From the NCBI GenBank assembly GCA_019828565.1, contig JAHDYR010000047.1, positions 5,541 to 69,540 of the forward strand: a DNA stretch of 64,000 nt, read 5' to 3'. Below, in pieces: positions 62,997-64,000 of this stretch. The number at the start of each line of letters is the position of its first letter. Position 1 is the first letter of the stretch. The stretch comes from Carpediemonas membranifera BICM. Taxonomy: Eukaryota > Protista > Fornicata. The position numbers and the translations under genes were made by a program. Below the pieces are notes generated by a model. The model saw only the letters and a program-made list of their open reading frames with translations, did no database searches and was not told where the DNA came from.

Positions 62997-63265
62997 GAGC
63001 TACACGCCCTGCATATCATCGATATGTAAGCTATCACGCCTCGGGCGTGGCTCACGCCCTGACACTGCTGGGTCAGGGTGTGTCAGAACAGGATTCCGGA
63101 GACACGAGAAAGATGGACAAAATATTTAGAAAATCTCGAAAGATATGATTGTGGATACGGTCTTGATCCGTCCCGATCGCGAGCAGATCGTATCCCTCCA
63201 GCAGAAACCGTGAGGATGGCCAGTCCGCCATCGAATTCAGCTAAGTCGAAAGACTATGTTCGGGG

Positions 63266-63535
63266 ATGGATAAAAGGCCAACGGCCTGTCCCAGTAAACT
63301 GGTACAGCGCCCCCATCAGCTCAGAAGGAGCGGCCTCAGCTTCCTGTCCGCCAAACTCAAAGGTGCATTCATGGATCTCCGCCGGGCGCGAGTGGGAGCT
63401 CCACGCCCAACACAGAGACACTATAAGAGGATAATGAACAGAGATTTAACAGAGAAAGCAGGGAAACCCACAGAGAACACCGAGAAGCCGCGACCACTTT
63501 TGGTTTTTGGCATGTTCACGGTGAAGGAGGAGTGA
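63266..63535 (+). pseudogene. Possible tyrosine-recombinase C-terminal fragment
   Basis: PHQLRRSGLSFL followed about 30 aa later by TQRHY. Confidence 0.4.
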
Positions 63536-64000
63536 TCAAGCAGAGGCACAGAGACCAAAGATAGCCCTCATGTAGGCACTACCTGGAGTGAAGTCAGTCC
63601 TAAAATCCCGAGACCACCCAGCGAGAAAATCAGCGTGCATTTTTGGACAGTGCGCCATTTCGCCGTAACGCAGTTTACGGCCGAACCAGAGAAAAAGAAG
63701 AAAACTGAGACCCCTACACAGTTGCAGGAGCCGCACAAGGCCACGCTGACCGATTTTCAGGACGATACATTAGCCAACTTTTTTTCATGCAGGCGAAAAT
63801 GGCAACGAAGAATCGCAGCAAAAGTATCAGAGAATTACAGAGAAACAAACAGTGACCGCAGATAACGAACATATTTATAGTAAAGCAATATGCAATCCGG
63901 ACGAATCGGTTTGGATCAATCGATCGGATTCGTCAGGATCGATCGGAATCAGGACAATCTTTTCGATCACGGATCAGGATCCTCAATCCGGATCTCCATA

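Noticed and set aside
1-64000. CRISPR array, rRNA genes, and the many antisense ORFs in the track
   Set aside because: No regularly spaced repeats or rRNA motifs. The long antisense ORFs are shadows of GC-rich coding strands.

Overview
A compact, almost intron-free eukaryotic window. The host is probably an anaerobic flagellate of the metamonad/Fornicata type. That is an inference from a 35-nt GT..CTAACACAG intron, flagellar genes CFAP43 and AK7, archaeal-type iPGM and a bacterial-type D-LDH. Housekeeping genes fill about 19.2-31.8 kb and 34.7-53.8 kb; the rest is mobile DNA. (i) Three chromodomain Ty3/Gypsy elements. Two are complete and nested, with very short identical LTRs (81 and 122 bp), 4-bp TSDs and a 12-bp palindrome where the tRNA primer-binding site should be. 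(ii) Two Fanzor1 (TnpB-derived RNA-guided nuclease) genes share a conserved 3' terminus, and two orphan copies of that terminus also occur. (iii) A complete PAT-like tyrosine-recombinase retrotransposon with split direct repeats ends a head-to-tail stack of diverged remnants joined at AGC cores, next to tRNA-Ala. A related element lies beside tRNA-Asp. (iv) A CRE-like non-LTR retrotransposon is inserted precisely into the 5' end of tRNA-Ala, with a 15-bp TSD that keeps the tRNA intact. The strongest candidates for new biology are tRNA-centred targeting by several element classes, the palindromic priming sites and the Fanzor termini. All assignments are by-eye motif recognition; no database searches were run.
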